From the NCBI GenBank assembly GCA_963540515.1, contig CAUTNA010000003.1:7301-71300 (forward strand): a DNA stretch of 64,000 nt. The letters run 5' to 3'. The notes beneath the pieces are model-generated. The model made no database searches. It was not told where the DNA came from and saw only the letters and a program-made list of their open reading frames with translations. Below, piece after piece: positions 10,177 through 21,512 of this stretch. This DNA comes from an uncultured Alphaproteobacteria bacterium. GTDB lineage: Bacteria; Pseudomonadota; Alphaproteobacteria; Rs-D84. Every line of letters begins with the position of its first letter. Within the stretch, counting starts at the first letter, position 1. Made by a program: the position numbers and the translations under genes.

Positions 10177-10338
10177 ATGAGTAAAGAAGATTTTAAAAAA
10201 GCATCAGAAATTTTAAAGACTAAGAAGACAAGTTTCTCGAAAGCTAAGAGCGAGGTTATTGATCTTGTTAGTATTTTAAAAGAACATGGTGCTGATATTT
10301 CAAAATCTGTCTCTTTTTCTGATGAAAATGAAATTTAA
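10177..10338 (+). CDS. Small hypothetical protein (53 aa), upstream of rho
   Basis: Own translation: MSKEDFKKASEILKTKKTSFSKAKSEVIDLVSILKEHGADISKSVSFSDENEI. Below the ORF track size cut-off; no recognisable motif. Confidence 0.3.
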   Translation: MSKEDFKKASEILKTKKTSFSKAKSEVIDLVSILKEHGADISKSVSFSDENEI

Positions 10339-10414
10339 TTTTATTTGAGTTTTTTGTATATTTTGTTAGTATGTTCTCTGAATCTATTCTGATTTTAAAT
10401 TTAAAGGTTATTTT

Positions 10415-11683
10415 ATGCATCTAAATGAATTGAAGTCTAAGTCTGCTCTCGCACTTTTAAATATGGCTGAGGAGATGGGTATTGAAAACCCATCACAATT
10501 AAATGTTCAACAGTTAAGATTTGCTGTTCTTCGTGTAATTGCTTCTGATAAAAATAATACTTTAATAGGTGATGGTGTTTTAGAACGAATACAAGATGGG
10601 TTTGGGTTTTTGCGTGCTTCAGAAAGTAATTATTTAGCTGGACCGGATGATTTATATGTATCTCCATCTCTTATAAAAAAATATGGTCTTAAAACTGGAG
10701 ATTATGTTGAGGGACAGATTCAAGCACCTCAAAATGAATCAGAAAAATATTTTGCCTTAGAGACTATTGAAAGAGTAAATGGTGATTCTCCTGATAAATT
10801 ACGTCATCGTGTTTCATTTGATGATATGACTCCTCTTTATCCTGATGAATTATTAAAAATGGAAGTAGAAAATGATAAAGATAAAAACAGAGCTTTATCT
10901 GCAAGAGTTATTGATTTAATATCTCCGACAGGAAAAGGACAAAGATCTTTAATAGTTGCTCCTCCAAGAACTGGTAAAACAGTAATGCTACAAAATATTG
11001 CTAATTCTATATCATCAAATTATCCAGATGTTAATTTAATGGTATTACTTATTGATGAAAGACCAGAAGAAGTGACAGATATGAAGAGAAGTGTTAGAGG
11101 AGAGGTTATATCAAGTACTTTTGATGAACCTGCTTCTCGTCATATACAAGTTGCAGAGATGGTTATAGAAAAAGCTAAAAGATTAGTGGAAGCAGGTAAA
11201 GATGTTGTTATATTGCTTGATTCTATAACAAGGCTTGGACGTGCTTACAATACTGTTGTACCAAGTTCTGGTAAAGTTTTAACAGGTGGTGTTGATGCTT
11301 ATGCACTCCAGAGACCAAAAAGATTTTTTGGTGCTGCAAGAAATATAGAAGGTGGTGGTTCTCTTACAATTATAGCAACAGCTTTAATTGAAACAGGATC
11401 AAAAATGGATGAAGTTATTTTTGAAGAATTTAAAGGAACTGGAAACAGTGAAATTATTTTAGATAGAAAATTATCAGACAAACGTGTTTATCCTGCAATA
11501 GATATAACAAAATCTGGAACAAGAAAAGAAGATTTACTTGTATCAAAAGATACTCTATCAAAAATGTATGTTTTAAGGCGAATCGTTAACCCTATGGGAA
11601 CACTTGAGGCTATGGAATTTTTATTAGATAAAATTAGAACTACAAAAACTAATGCAGATTTTTTTGCAGTTATGAATAGTTAA
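10415..11683 (+). CDS. rho: Transcription termination factor Rho
   Basis: [10 protein letters not shown]...[14 protein letters not shown] (Rho N-terminal/CSD); Walker A PPRTGKT; [10 protein letters not shown]; conserved C-terminus [17 protein letters not shown]. Confidence 0.97.
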   Translation: MHLNELKSKSALALLNMAEEMGIENPSQLNVQQLRFAVLRVIASDKNNTLIGDGVLERIQDGFGFLRASESNYLAGPDDLYVSPSLIKKYGLKTGDYVEGQIQAPQNESEKYFALETIERVNGDSPDKLRHRVSFDDMTPLYPDELLKMEVENDKDKNRALSARVIDLISPTGKGQRSLIVAPPRTGKTVMLQNIANSISSNYPDVNLMVLLIDERPEEVTDMKRSVRGEVISSTFDEPASRHIQVAEMVIEKAKRLVEAGKDVVILLDSITRLGRAYNTVVPSSGKVLTGGVDAYALQRPKRFFGAARNIEGGGSLTIIATALIETGSKMDEVIFEEFKGTGNSEIILDRKLSDKRVYPAIDITKSGTRKEDLLVSKDTLSKMYVLRRIVNPMGTLEAMEFLLDKIRTTKTNADFFAVMNS

Positions 11684-11815
11684 TTGCAAATTATTTGTAT
11701 TTTTTGATGTTTTTTAGTTATTTTACTCTTTACTAATTTTTTGAATTTATATAAAATGTATCAAGGACATTGAGTTGTTCTTAAATAAAAAAAGTATATG
11801 TAAAGGAGAGAAAGA

Positions 11816-12118
11816 ATGGTATTTTCATTCTTAGGAAAATCTAAAAAGAAAGAGGATCCAAAGCCAGTTGCAAAACCTGCAACAGCAAAAAAGCCAGCTG
11901 TTAAAAAAGTTGCAACAAAACCAGCTGTAAAAAAGCCTGTTGCTTCTAAAGCAACCAGTGCAAAACCAGTTGTTAAAAAGGTTGCTGTTAAAGCTCCTGC
12001 AAAGCCAGTTGCAAAACCTGCAACAGCAAAAAAGCCAGCTGTTAAAAAAGCTGTTGTTGCAAAGAAAGCACCTGCTAAAAAGGCTTGTGGTTGCTCATCT
12101 TGCAAAAAATCAAAATAA
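11816..12118 (+). CDS. Lys/Ala/Pro-rich histone H1-like basic protein
   Basis: Repeats of AKPATAKKPAVKK type. GGAGAG SD upstream; terminator downstream. Ends in CGCSSCKKSK. Confidence 0.75.
   Translation: MVFSFLGKSKKKEDPKPVAKPATAKKPAVKKVATKPAVKKPVASKATSAKPVVKKVAVKAPAKPVAKPATAKKPAVKKAVVAKKAPAKKACGCSSCKKSK
11861..12050 (+). repeat. Exact 49-nt in-frame direct repeat inside the Lys/Ala-rich gene
   Basis: aagccagttgcaaaacctgcaacagcaaaaaagccagctgttaaaaaag occurs at 11861-11909 and again at 12002-12050, an offset of 141 nt (47 codons). Confidence 0.9.
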
Positions 12119-12147
12119 TTTTAATTTTTATTTTATGATTTTTTATT

Positions 12148-12185
12148 ACCTATAGATTATAAGTTCTATAGGTTTTATTTTTTTT
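12148..12185 (+). terminator. Rho-independent terminator
   Basis: Hairpin acctataga / tctataggt followed by tttattttttttt. Confidence 0.6.
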
Positions 12186-12232
12186 ATTAAAGTTTTATTT
12201 GAAGTTTTGTTTAAAGTTTATATACTAAAATT

Positions 12233-13122
12233 ATGATTAAAACTAAGTCAGGTTTTGTTGCAATTGTTGGTCCTACCAATTCTGGTAAGAGTACTTTTAT
12301 AAATGCAATTTTTAATAAAAAAATATCAATTACTTCTCATAAAGTCCAAACAACCAGAACAAGAATTAAAGCTGTTAAAATGTTTGGTGATGTTCAGATC
12401 ATATTTTTTGATACTCCTGGAATATTTAAACCAAATAGGAGATTAGATAGAGCTATGGTTGGTACAGCTCTTGATTCCATAGGACAAACGGACGCAATAC
12501 TTCTTATGATAGATGCAAAGAAAGGCATAACAAAAACAGTTAAAGATATAATTTCAAAATTTAAAAATTTAAAAAATGTATTTGCTTGTTTGAATAAAAT
12601 TGATCTTGTCCCTAAATCAAATTTATTAGAGTTAGCACAAGAATTATCAAGTCTTTATTCTTTTAAAGAAATATTTATGATTTCTGCATTAAAGAAAGAT
12701 GGAATTGATTCAATACTTAAATCTTTGTCTTCTGTTATGCCAGAATCTTGTTATTTATTTGATCCAAAAGACAGTATTGATATACCTGATGAATTGTATT
12801 TATCAGAGCTTACTCGTGAAAAAATTTATAAATATATACATAAAGAATTACCATATTTAATAAATGTGATAACTGAAAAAGTTGATGTTGACAGTGATGG
12901 AATTTTAGATATTTATCAAAAGGTACTTGTTAAATCTGTTTCTCATAAAAAAATATTAATTGGAAGAGGTGGGGATCAATTAAAAAAAATAGGGATGGAG
13001 GCAAGATTTGATATTCAAAACCAATGGGATGTAAATGCTAGATTACATTTGTTTGTAAAAGTTGATCCAAAGTGGGAAGAGGATAAGGAAAATTATATTC
13101 TGCAAGGTTTGGATTTTGTAAA

Positions 13123-13126
<4 letters not shown>
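12233..13126 (+). CDS. era: GTPase Era
   Basis: G1 motif GPTNSGKST, DTPG, NKID, C-terminal KH domain (ILIGRGGDQLKKIG). Confidence 0.95.
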
Positions 13127-15248
<2,122 letters not shown>

Positions 15249-15346
15249 TTTTTAAATAAGTTAATTTCTTATAAAATAACAATCGATACTCAATATTAAA
15301 AATAATTTTATAAGTTTTTAAGTTAATTAGTTAAATAGTATTTAAT

Positions 15347-15375
15347 AAAAAAGCCAATTTTAAATTGGCTTTTTT
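15347..15375. terminator. Bidirectional terminator between convergent tgt and 15379-16209
   Basis: Hairpin agccaat / attggct flanked by an A-run (left) and a T-run (right). Confidence 0.6.
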
Positions 15376-15378
15376 ATC

Positions 15379-15597
15379 TTATTTAATACCGACACTAAAC
15401 TCATCACCATAAGAGGCTACTGATTGACCGTTTATTGTACACTGTATATCTTCATAACCATTTTTTACTTGTACTTTCTTCATTACTGTACTTGTTATAA
15501 GTCCTCCAGCAGTTCCTAATACTACTCCCGCTATACTGTCTGATAATAATCTGTGTTTATTAAATTTTCCATCTTTATCTTTCCATACACTTGTCTT
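15379..15597 (-). repeat. 219-nt conserved C-terminal coding module, copy A
   Basis: The reverse complement aligns base-for-base with 30501-30719 (about 5 mismatches by eye) and with 34054-34272 (about 10 mismatches). Confidence 0.9.
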
Positions 15598-16209
15598 TAA
15601 ACCCTTCAGTAATGATTTCATTTTATAATAAGCCAATGCTGCTTTTGCTTTATTGTATAATTCATCTGGTATAGTATTTTTAAACAGAATTGCTTGAGAA
15701 TATCTGTATTTTGAACTCTCTACATCGAAAACTATTTGTCCAAGATTAAAACTTATAGTAGTTACATCTTTTGGTAAAGAATCTGAGGTAAAAGAATTTC
15801 TTAATATATTATACATTTCGTTGAGCCTTCCTTGATTCAGGACATAAGTGTTATATTGTTGAGGTCCAGAAAAACTAGCAGAAGCTGTTAAAAAAATAAG
15901 ACTATTATCTTTTATTCTTTTACTGAATCTTCCAACTACATCTTTCACTAAAGGTGCACATTCAGGATCTTCTTCAACTTTAGATACATCAATTCCATGA
16001 TATATTCTTAAAAGTATAATCTTATCATTTTCACCATAGCCATAACATAGTTGACCATTTTTTTTATACTTTACTTCTCTGGTCTTGTTAGGAATCGTCC
16101 AAAAGGTTTTTTCTTTCTCAATTTCTGGACTATCTCGAGTAATAGAAAAAGCAGAATAAAAAGGCAAAATGAATAATAATGATAAAAATAGTATTAGTTT
16201 AATTCTCAT
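15379..16209 (-). CDS. Secreted protein, copy A of the constant-tail family
   Basis: Signal peptide MRIKLILFLSLLFILPFYSAFS and a unique head. The C-terminal 72 aa KTSVWKDKDGKFNKHRLLSDSIAGVVLGTAGGLITSTVMKKVQVKNGYEDIQCTINGQSVASYGDEFSVGIK are shared with 29703-30719 and 33595-34272. Confidence 0.75.
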   Translation of the reverse strand: MRIKLILFLSLLFILPFYSAFSITRDSPEIEKEKTFWTIPNKTREVKYKKNGQLCYGYGENDKIILLRIYHGIDVSKVEEDPECAPLVKDVVGRFSKRIKDNSLIFLTASASFSGPQQYNTYVLNQGRLNEMYNILRNSFTSDSLPKDVTTISFNLGQIVFDVESSKYRYSQAILFKNTIPDELYNKAKAALAYYKMKSLLKGLKTSVWKDKDGKFNKHRLLSDSIAGVVLGTAGGLITSTVMKKVQVKNGYEDIQCTINGQSVASYGDEFSVGIK

Positions 16210-16334
16210 TTTATATGATCCTATAATTTACAGACAATTATATCAAATTTAATCCACTATTAAAATTAAAATTTTATCATTTGAAAATAATTTATTTAAA
16301 TGTTAATCTTAGATCTAAGCAAGGTTATTATACT

Positions 16335-17129
16335 ATGAAAATAATAAATTTTATTTTTTCTGTTAGTTTTTTGTTTTTTAATTCTGCTTATTCTTTTGTT
16401 TTTGGAAATCATCCAACAATATGCAAACCAAAGGCTTTTTCAAGTTGTTATAATGTATCTTACAATACACCAGGCTATTTATTTATAGATTTTGAAAAAG
16501 AAAAATTAAAATTTTTAAAAGGTGGAAAAATTGATGAAAATGATGATGCTTATAAAGCTTTGAAACAAAAAAATATAGATCAGTTTGATGAACTGGCAAA
16601 ATGTAAAGGTAAAAAAATAATATGTAAAGATGCTCTTAATGGTGTTTTTGAGAATAAAATTTTATCTAAAGATGAGATAAATGATCCGAGTATTGTATCA
16701 CAAGATTTTGATTTTGATGTATTTTTAAAAAATAAAAATTGTTTTGGTGTAAGAAAGACAATAGATAATGGTATTTATGCTCTTAAAGATAATAAATATG
16801 TTAAAGTTTGGTGTAAAAATATTCCAATGGAACAAACTGAGGATTTACCTAATGGTAAGATTATTTCTGATAGTATGTATCAACCAACTTGTGAAAATTT
16901 AGCACAAAAAAATATTTTAGATATTCAAAAAGCTAATTGTTTTGGAGAATTATTAAGTTCTGATTATAGTTTTGTTTGTGATACAAATTCATCTGGGACA
17001 TTACCAAAATACATTATTAAAAATCCAAATACTATTAATTCTTTTAATCAAATAACTTCTGATGAAGTTAATATGATATTTAATCATATGAAAAGATCTG
17101 CTGAAAAAACTCGTAGAAAAAGAGGATAA
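16335..17129 (+). CDS. Secreted Cys-rich hypothetical protein
   Basis: ATG at 16335 gives the signal peptide MKIINFIFSVSFLFFNSAYSF. About 10 Cys in the mature part; basic C-terminus. Divergent from copy A. Confidence 0.6.
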   Translation: MKIINFIFSVSFLFFNSAYSFVFGNHPTICKPKAFSSCYNVSYNTPGYLFIDFEKEKLKFLKGGKIDENDDAYKALKQKNIDQFDELAKCKGKKIICKDALNGVFENKILSKDEINDPSIVSQDFDFDVFLKNKNCFGVRKTIDNGIYALKDNKYVKVWCKNIPMEQTEDLPNGKIISDSMYQPTCENLAQKNILDIQKANCFGELLSSDYSFVCDTNSSGTLPKYIIKNPNTINSFNQITSDEVNMIFNHMKRSAEKTRRKRG

Positions 17130-17132
17130 ATT

Positions 17133-17885
17133 ATGAAAGAAAATATGTTTACTGAGTCTAAATTTAAAAATATTTTTATTCCAATAATACTTTCATTCAG
17201 TTTAGCACTATCTGGTTATTTTATAGGTAATGGAATATTTAAGTCTATGACTAAAAGAACTGTGACAGTTAAAGGACTTGCAGAAAAAGATGTAAAAGCT
17301 GATTTAGCTGTTTGGAATATACATATAAGTAAAGTTGGTTCAAGTTTATTATCTATTCAAAAAGATTTAAATACAGATATACAAAAAGTAAAAAAGTTTT
17401 TTATTTCTCAAGGTTTTAAGGATTATGAATTACAAGATTTACGTATTCAAGTAAAAGATAGAAGTACAGATTATTTATCCCGTGATGAAATGAAAAGTTT
17501 AGAAAATAAACGCTATGTTATAGAGACAGGTGTTTTAATACGATCTAATAATGTTAATTTAGTAGATTCTGTTTCAAGAAAGCTTGGAGATTTGGTAAGT
17601 CAAGGAATTGCTATAACAAATGATTATTCTGGTCCAATTTATATATTTAATGGTTTAAATGATATAAAAACAGAGATGATCCAGCAGGCAACAAAGAATG
17701 CAAAGGTATCAGGTGAGCAATTTGCAAAAGATGCAGATACAACACTTGGTAAGATTTATACTGCTAATCAAGGTGTTTTTTCTATAGAATCAAGAGATCC
17801 AATTGATAATTGGTCAAATAATGAAAAACAATCCATAGATAAAAAAGTCAGAGTTGTTTCAACGATTACATTTTATTTAAAATAA
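17133..17885 (+). CDS. SIMPL-domain (DUF541-like) periplasmic protein
   Basis: N-terminal TM/signal anchor, then TVTVKGLAEKDVKADLAVWNIHIS... and C-terminal KVRVVSTITFYL, the pattern of the 26-kDa periplasmic immunogenic protein family. Confidence 0.75.
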   Translation: MKENMFTESKFKNIFIPIILSFSLALSGYFIGNGIFKSMTKRTVTVKGLAEKDVKADLAVWNIHISKVGSSLLSIQKDLNTDIQKVKKFFISQGFKDYELQDLRIQVKDRSTDYLSRDEMKSLENKRYVIETGVLIRSNNVNLVDSVSRKLGDLVSQGIAITNDYSGPIYIFNGLNDIKTEMIQQATKNAKVSGEQFAKDADTTLGKIYTANQGVFSIESRDPIDNWSNNEKQSIDKKVRVVSTITFYLK

Positions 17886-18025
17886 AATAATAAAATAAAA
17901 AAAGATATTTTACCTCGTCCATCTTGAGTTAATATCTATTTATTTGAAACAGATGATAAAAATCAAATTTTTAGCTATTTGAAAATGAAAAACTTCTTCT
18001 TAGTTTTTGATAAAATAGGAGTTTT

Positions 18026-18475
18026 TTAATAAATCTTTTGAAATACTTCGCATACCATTGGAGCTTGTTCATAAAAATCTTTTCCTATCGATTTATATCT
18101 TTCAGAAAAGTATCTATCATGAACCTCTCTCCAATACTGATAACTTCTATCACCTTCACCCTCATGCCATGCGTGTTCAGGTGTAATTAAATTATAAGGA
18201 ATAATATATACTAGTTTTGTTTGCGTAATACATACAGGCTTTTTAGAACCATTGAGAATTATATTATAATCCAAAGCCTTTGGTATATCTTCTCCTATTT
18301 CATATAGTTCAAATGCTGAAGTTGTAGCTGTCTTAATATTACAATTAACTAATTCTGCCAATTTATCAGCCATATCTTTTGTATTGCCGAAACTAAAATA
18401 TTGATATTTTATATCTATTGGTAATTTCTTTTCATTGCAAAATTTAATCCAAAATTCTTTTATTTTATCATCCAT
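18026..18475 (-). CDS. ASCH domain protein
   Basis: FSFGNTKDMADKLAELVNCNIKTATTS...TPEHAWHEGEGDRSYQYWREVH matches the COG4405/ASCH pattern. Confidence 0.8.
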   Translation of the reverse strand: MDDKIKEFWIKFCNEKKLPIDIKYQYFSFGNTKDMADKLAELVNCNIKTATTSAFELYEIGEDIPKALDYNIILNGSKKPVCITQTKLVYIIPYNLITPEHAWHEGEGDRSYQYWREVHDRYFSERYKSIGKDFYEQAPMVCEVFQKIY

Positions 18476-18806
18476 TCAAATTACCTAAATAACTTCTAAT
18501 TTATGTTAATTATTTGTTTTTTGCAGTTCCTTAATACAATTTTAACTTCTGTTTATTTTATTTTCAAATAAAAAGGAATTTTATAAAAATATATAATATT
18601 TGAGGCAATATCCAAATCTTCAATTTCAGAAGAATTTAATTGTGATATTAAGCAGAGTTAAAAAAATGGCTACTTATAGATAATGTCAATAAAATGGGGA
18701 GGAGGATGAGCTTATACTATGAAAATTTTAAATTTAATAAAATAAAGTACTGTACGCAAATCAAGTAGAATAGAAGAGATTTTGAAAGGGTAAATATTTA
18801 AAAAAC

Positions 18807-18882
18807 TGGTGGGATTGCAGGGATTCGAACCCTGGACCCAATGATTAAAAGTCATTTGCTCTACCAACTGAGCTACAATCCC
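18807..18882 (-). tRNA. tRNA-Lys (anticodon UUU), CCA encoded
   Basis: Reverse complement GGGATTGTAGCTCAGTTGGTAGAGCAAATGACTTTTAATCATTGGGTCCAGGGTTCGAATCCCTGCAATCCCACCA folds as a cloverleaf; anticodon loop CTTTTAA. Confidence 0.95.
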
Positions 18883-19014
18883 AAAGAGTCTCTACGTATT
18901 TTATAACTTTTTGAATATAAGTCAAACTATTTTTTTATAAAATTATTTGCCTTTAATAGCTTGTATTTACTTGATTTATAACTATAATAATATTGTAGAG
19001 TAAAAGGTTTTATT

Positions 19015-21495
19015 ATGGATACCAGCAGTATAAGAAATCAGCTTTTATTATTCTTCAGACAAATGCATTTCAATAATATGCCAGATGATGTAATGGCTCG
19101 TTTTAAAGATTTTTCTAAAAACGATGACTTTACTAAAAATATGGAGAATTGGAAAAAGGATTTATTGGATCAAAACGGTAATCCTAATGATTTGCCAGAC
19201 TTAAGTTCTTCTTTATCAGATGATGAATGGAAATATTTATATAAAGTTTTTAGAGATACTTTTCGTAGTATGGATGAAAATAAAGATTCCTTTTTGGATG
19301 ATAAAAAAGTTTCAACTTTTTTCAATGACAGTTTTGGACCTAATAAATTATTTTCAAGTGGAAATTTGTCTCCCAGATTTATTCAAGAATTAAGTTCTTT
19401 ATATAATAAAATAGAACAAGAAGCATTAAGTTTAAATAATGGTGATACTGCTAAGTTCTATAAAAAAATATTAGGTGATTTAAAAAGAGATATCTCTAGT
19501 AATCTTTTAAATAATATAAAGACAGGAAATATTAATATAAACGATGAAAAAGATATACAGAAGTTTTTAAGTGCGGTTAGGGATTCTCTACCATATGATG
19601 ATGAACATCAAGCTGAGTATTCATTAATAAATGACAAGTTATATGATATTGGACAAATTTTAGAGCAAGACAGAGAATTTATTAATCAAAATAAATTAGA
19701 GTTTTTTAAAAAAAATTACAAATCTATCTTTAAAACTCTTTATACTAATAAAAATATTCGTAATACCTTTTCAAATAATGGTGGAAGCTTAATAACAAAC
19801 AGAATAGAAAGAGCTGTTGAATTAACTGATTATGATAATGAACAAAGTGAAGATTATATTCCCTCAAAAAAACAAGATAAATTGACATTTTCTCAAGAAT
19901 TGAAAAAATGGAAAGATGATACTTACGAAGATTATCTTGAAAAATATATGACTTTAAAAGGTGATAGATTATTTATCTCTTTTGAAGCAAAAAATATAGT
20001 TAAAGCAATAAGTTCTGCAAAGATTAAACCAACCGATGGTTTAGGTAAAATATTAGAAGAATCAGGAAAAATAAAATCAAGTTTAAAAACTAAATCTCCT
20101 AAAAGTTTGATAGCTTTTAAATATTTTGAAGAAATTTTTTCTGATTTTAAAGAAACAATGCCAAAAGCTTTTAATGGAGCTCTTAAAAATGGCAGTCAAT
20201 TGTGTGCTATTGTTTCTGAGATGATTGTATCAGCTATAAAGAAAAATAAAGTGCATGAAGCAAAAGTCGCCATGGAAATTTTAGCTATTATAAGATATGG
20301 CTATACAACAAGTAAAACAATGGATGCTTTGTCAAAAGATAGTTTTCAAATATTTTCAGATAAAGGACTTTCTTGGAATAAAAATGAGGGTGTTCAGTAT
20401 GTAACAAAAGCTTTTGATAAAACTTTAAAGTTTGCAACTTTAGGAATTGGTTATGGTATAACTGCACTTTCAAATAGTATTAATAGAACAGGAACAAAGT
20501 TTAAAGGTGCATCAAGTAAGTTAAAAAAAGTAATTAAACAAAGTGATTTGGAAAGAGATAATAATATCAAAGATTTAAAGAATAAAATAAATATAAACCA
20601 AGACGAAATATCGCAAGTTCAATCATATACATCAAGTTTGATTAACAAAAAACAAATCCTAGATAGTAAAATACAAGATAATAATACTCAGATTAATAAT
20701 TTAAATAGAGACGTAACTAACTTGGATAATGCAAAAAGTAATTTGAATAATAAAGTAGATCAAGCAAAAGAGCAAATTAAGAAATTAACTGATTATATAA
20801 ATAAAGTAGATGAACAGAAAAAAAAGTTAGAATATAAACTAAATGAAGTAAATGCTCAGATTCAAGAGGCAGATAATCGCATACAATTCTTAAATAATAA
20901 AGAAAATATGTTAAATGATAAGATAAGTAAAACAAATGATACAAAAAAAATTAATAGATTAAATGGGTATGTTAGTGTTCTTGAATCTAAGAAAAATGAA
21001 AAAATAAATGAGATAAACAATAATAATGCAAAAATTAGTAAATTGAATTCATATATTGTTAGTATTGAGACTCAGATAAATAAAAGGAAAAATGATATAA
21101 ATAATGCTAATAATCAGATTAATAATTTAAAAAATTATATTACTAGTATTGAATATCAGATAAACACAAGAGAAAATAGAATTGAAAGATTAAATGAAAG
21201 GAATGATAAGTTTCAAAACTATGTCAATACTATAGAGAATAAAACAAATGAGAAAAATGACTATATAAATTTCTTAAATGATAAGGGAAATGAATTAAAT
21301 GATAATCTTCAAGATTTAAATGCTATAGATAATTTAGAAAAATATAAAGAGTTAATGGCTTATTGGGATCTTGTAGTATCAACAAAATTGGATAGTTTTA
21401 GATTTGGATCAAAGAAATTAAAACAAAAGATATTTGATCTTAATAAAAATAATTTTATACAAAATTGGAATTCAAATTATCAAATGGTGGCATAA
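19015..21495 (+). CDS. Large (826 aa) hypothetical protein with Asn-rich coiled-coil C-terminal third
   Basis: Long uninterrupted ORF. The N-terminal ~500 aa have no motif I recognise. Residues ~520-770 show heptad-like N/I/L/K periodicity. Confidence 0.7.
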   Translation: MDTSSIRNQLLLFFRQMHFNNMPDDVMARFKDFSKNDDFTKNMENWKKDLLDQNGNPNDLPDLSSSLSDDEWKYLYKVFRDTFRSMDENKDSFLDDKKVSTFFNDSFGPNKLFSSGNLSPRFIQELSSLYNKIEQEALSLNNGDTAKFYKKILGDLKRDISSNLLNNIKTGNININDEKDIQKFLSAVRDSLPYDDEHQAEYSLINDKLYDIGQILEQDREFINQNKLEFFKKNYKSIFKTLYTNKNIRNTFSNNGGSLITNRIERAVELTDYDNEQSEDYIPSKKQDKLTFSQELKKWKDDTYEDYLEKYMTLKGDRLFISFEAKNIVKAISSAKIKPTDGLGKILEESGKIKSSLKTKSPKSLIAFKYFEEIFSDFKETMPKAFNGALKNGSQLCAIVSEMIVSAIKKNKVHEAKVAMEILAIIRYGYTTSKTMDALSKDSFQIFSDKGLSWNKNEGVQYVTKAFDKTLKFATLGIGYGITALSNSINRTGTKFKGASSKLKKVIKQSDLERDNNIKDLKNKININQDEISQVQSYTSSLINKKQILDSKIQDNNTQINNLNRDVTNLDNAKSNLNNKVDQAKEQIKKLTDYINKVDEQKKKLEYKLNEVNAQIQEADNRIQFLNNKENMLNDKISKTNDTKKINRLNGYVSVLESKKNEKINEINNNNAKISKLNSYIVSIETQINKRKNDINNANNQINNLKNYITSIEYQINTRENRIERLNERNDKFQNYVNTIENKTNEKNDYINFLNDKGNELNDNLQDLNAIDNLEKYKELMAYWDLVVSTKLDSFRFGSKKLKQKIFDLNKNNFIQNWNSNYQMVA
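20959..21294 (+). repeat. Four tandem 28-aa (84-nt) degenerate repeats inside the coiled coil
   Basis: LNGYVSVLESKKNEKINEINNNNAKISK / LNSYIVSIETQINKRKNDINNANNQINN / LKNYITSIEYQINTRENRIERLNERNDK / FQNYVNTIENKTNEKNDYINFLNDKGNE. Confidence 0.8.
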
Positions 21496-21512
21496 AAACA
21501 AAAGGATGAAAA

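Noticed and set aside
11761-12105. 114-aa Ala/Gly/Phe/Thr-rich ORF antisense to the Lys/Ala-rich gene, plus the +2-frame ORF 11940-12155
   Set aside because: These are mirror or off-frame shadows of the repetitive AAA/GCA-rich coding sequence. The plus-strand frame has an SD, a sensible start and a terminator.
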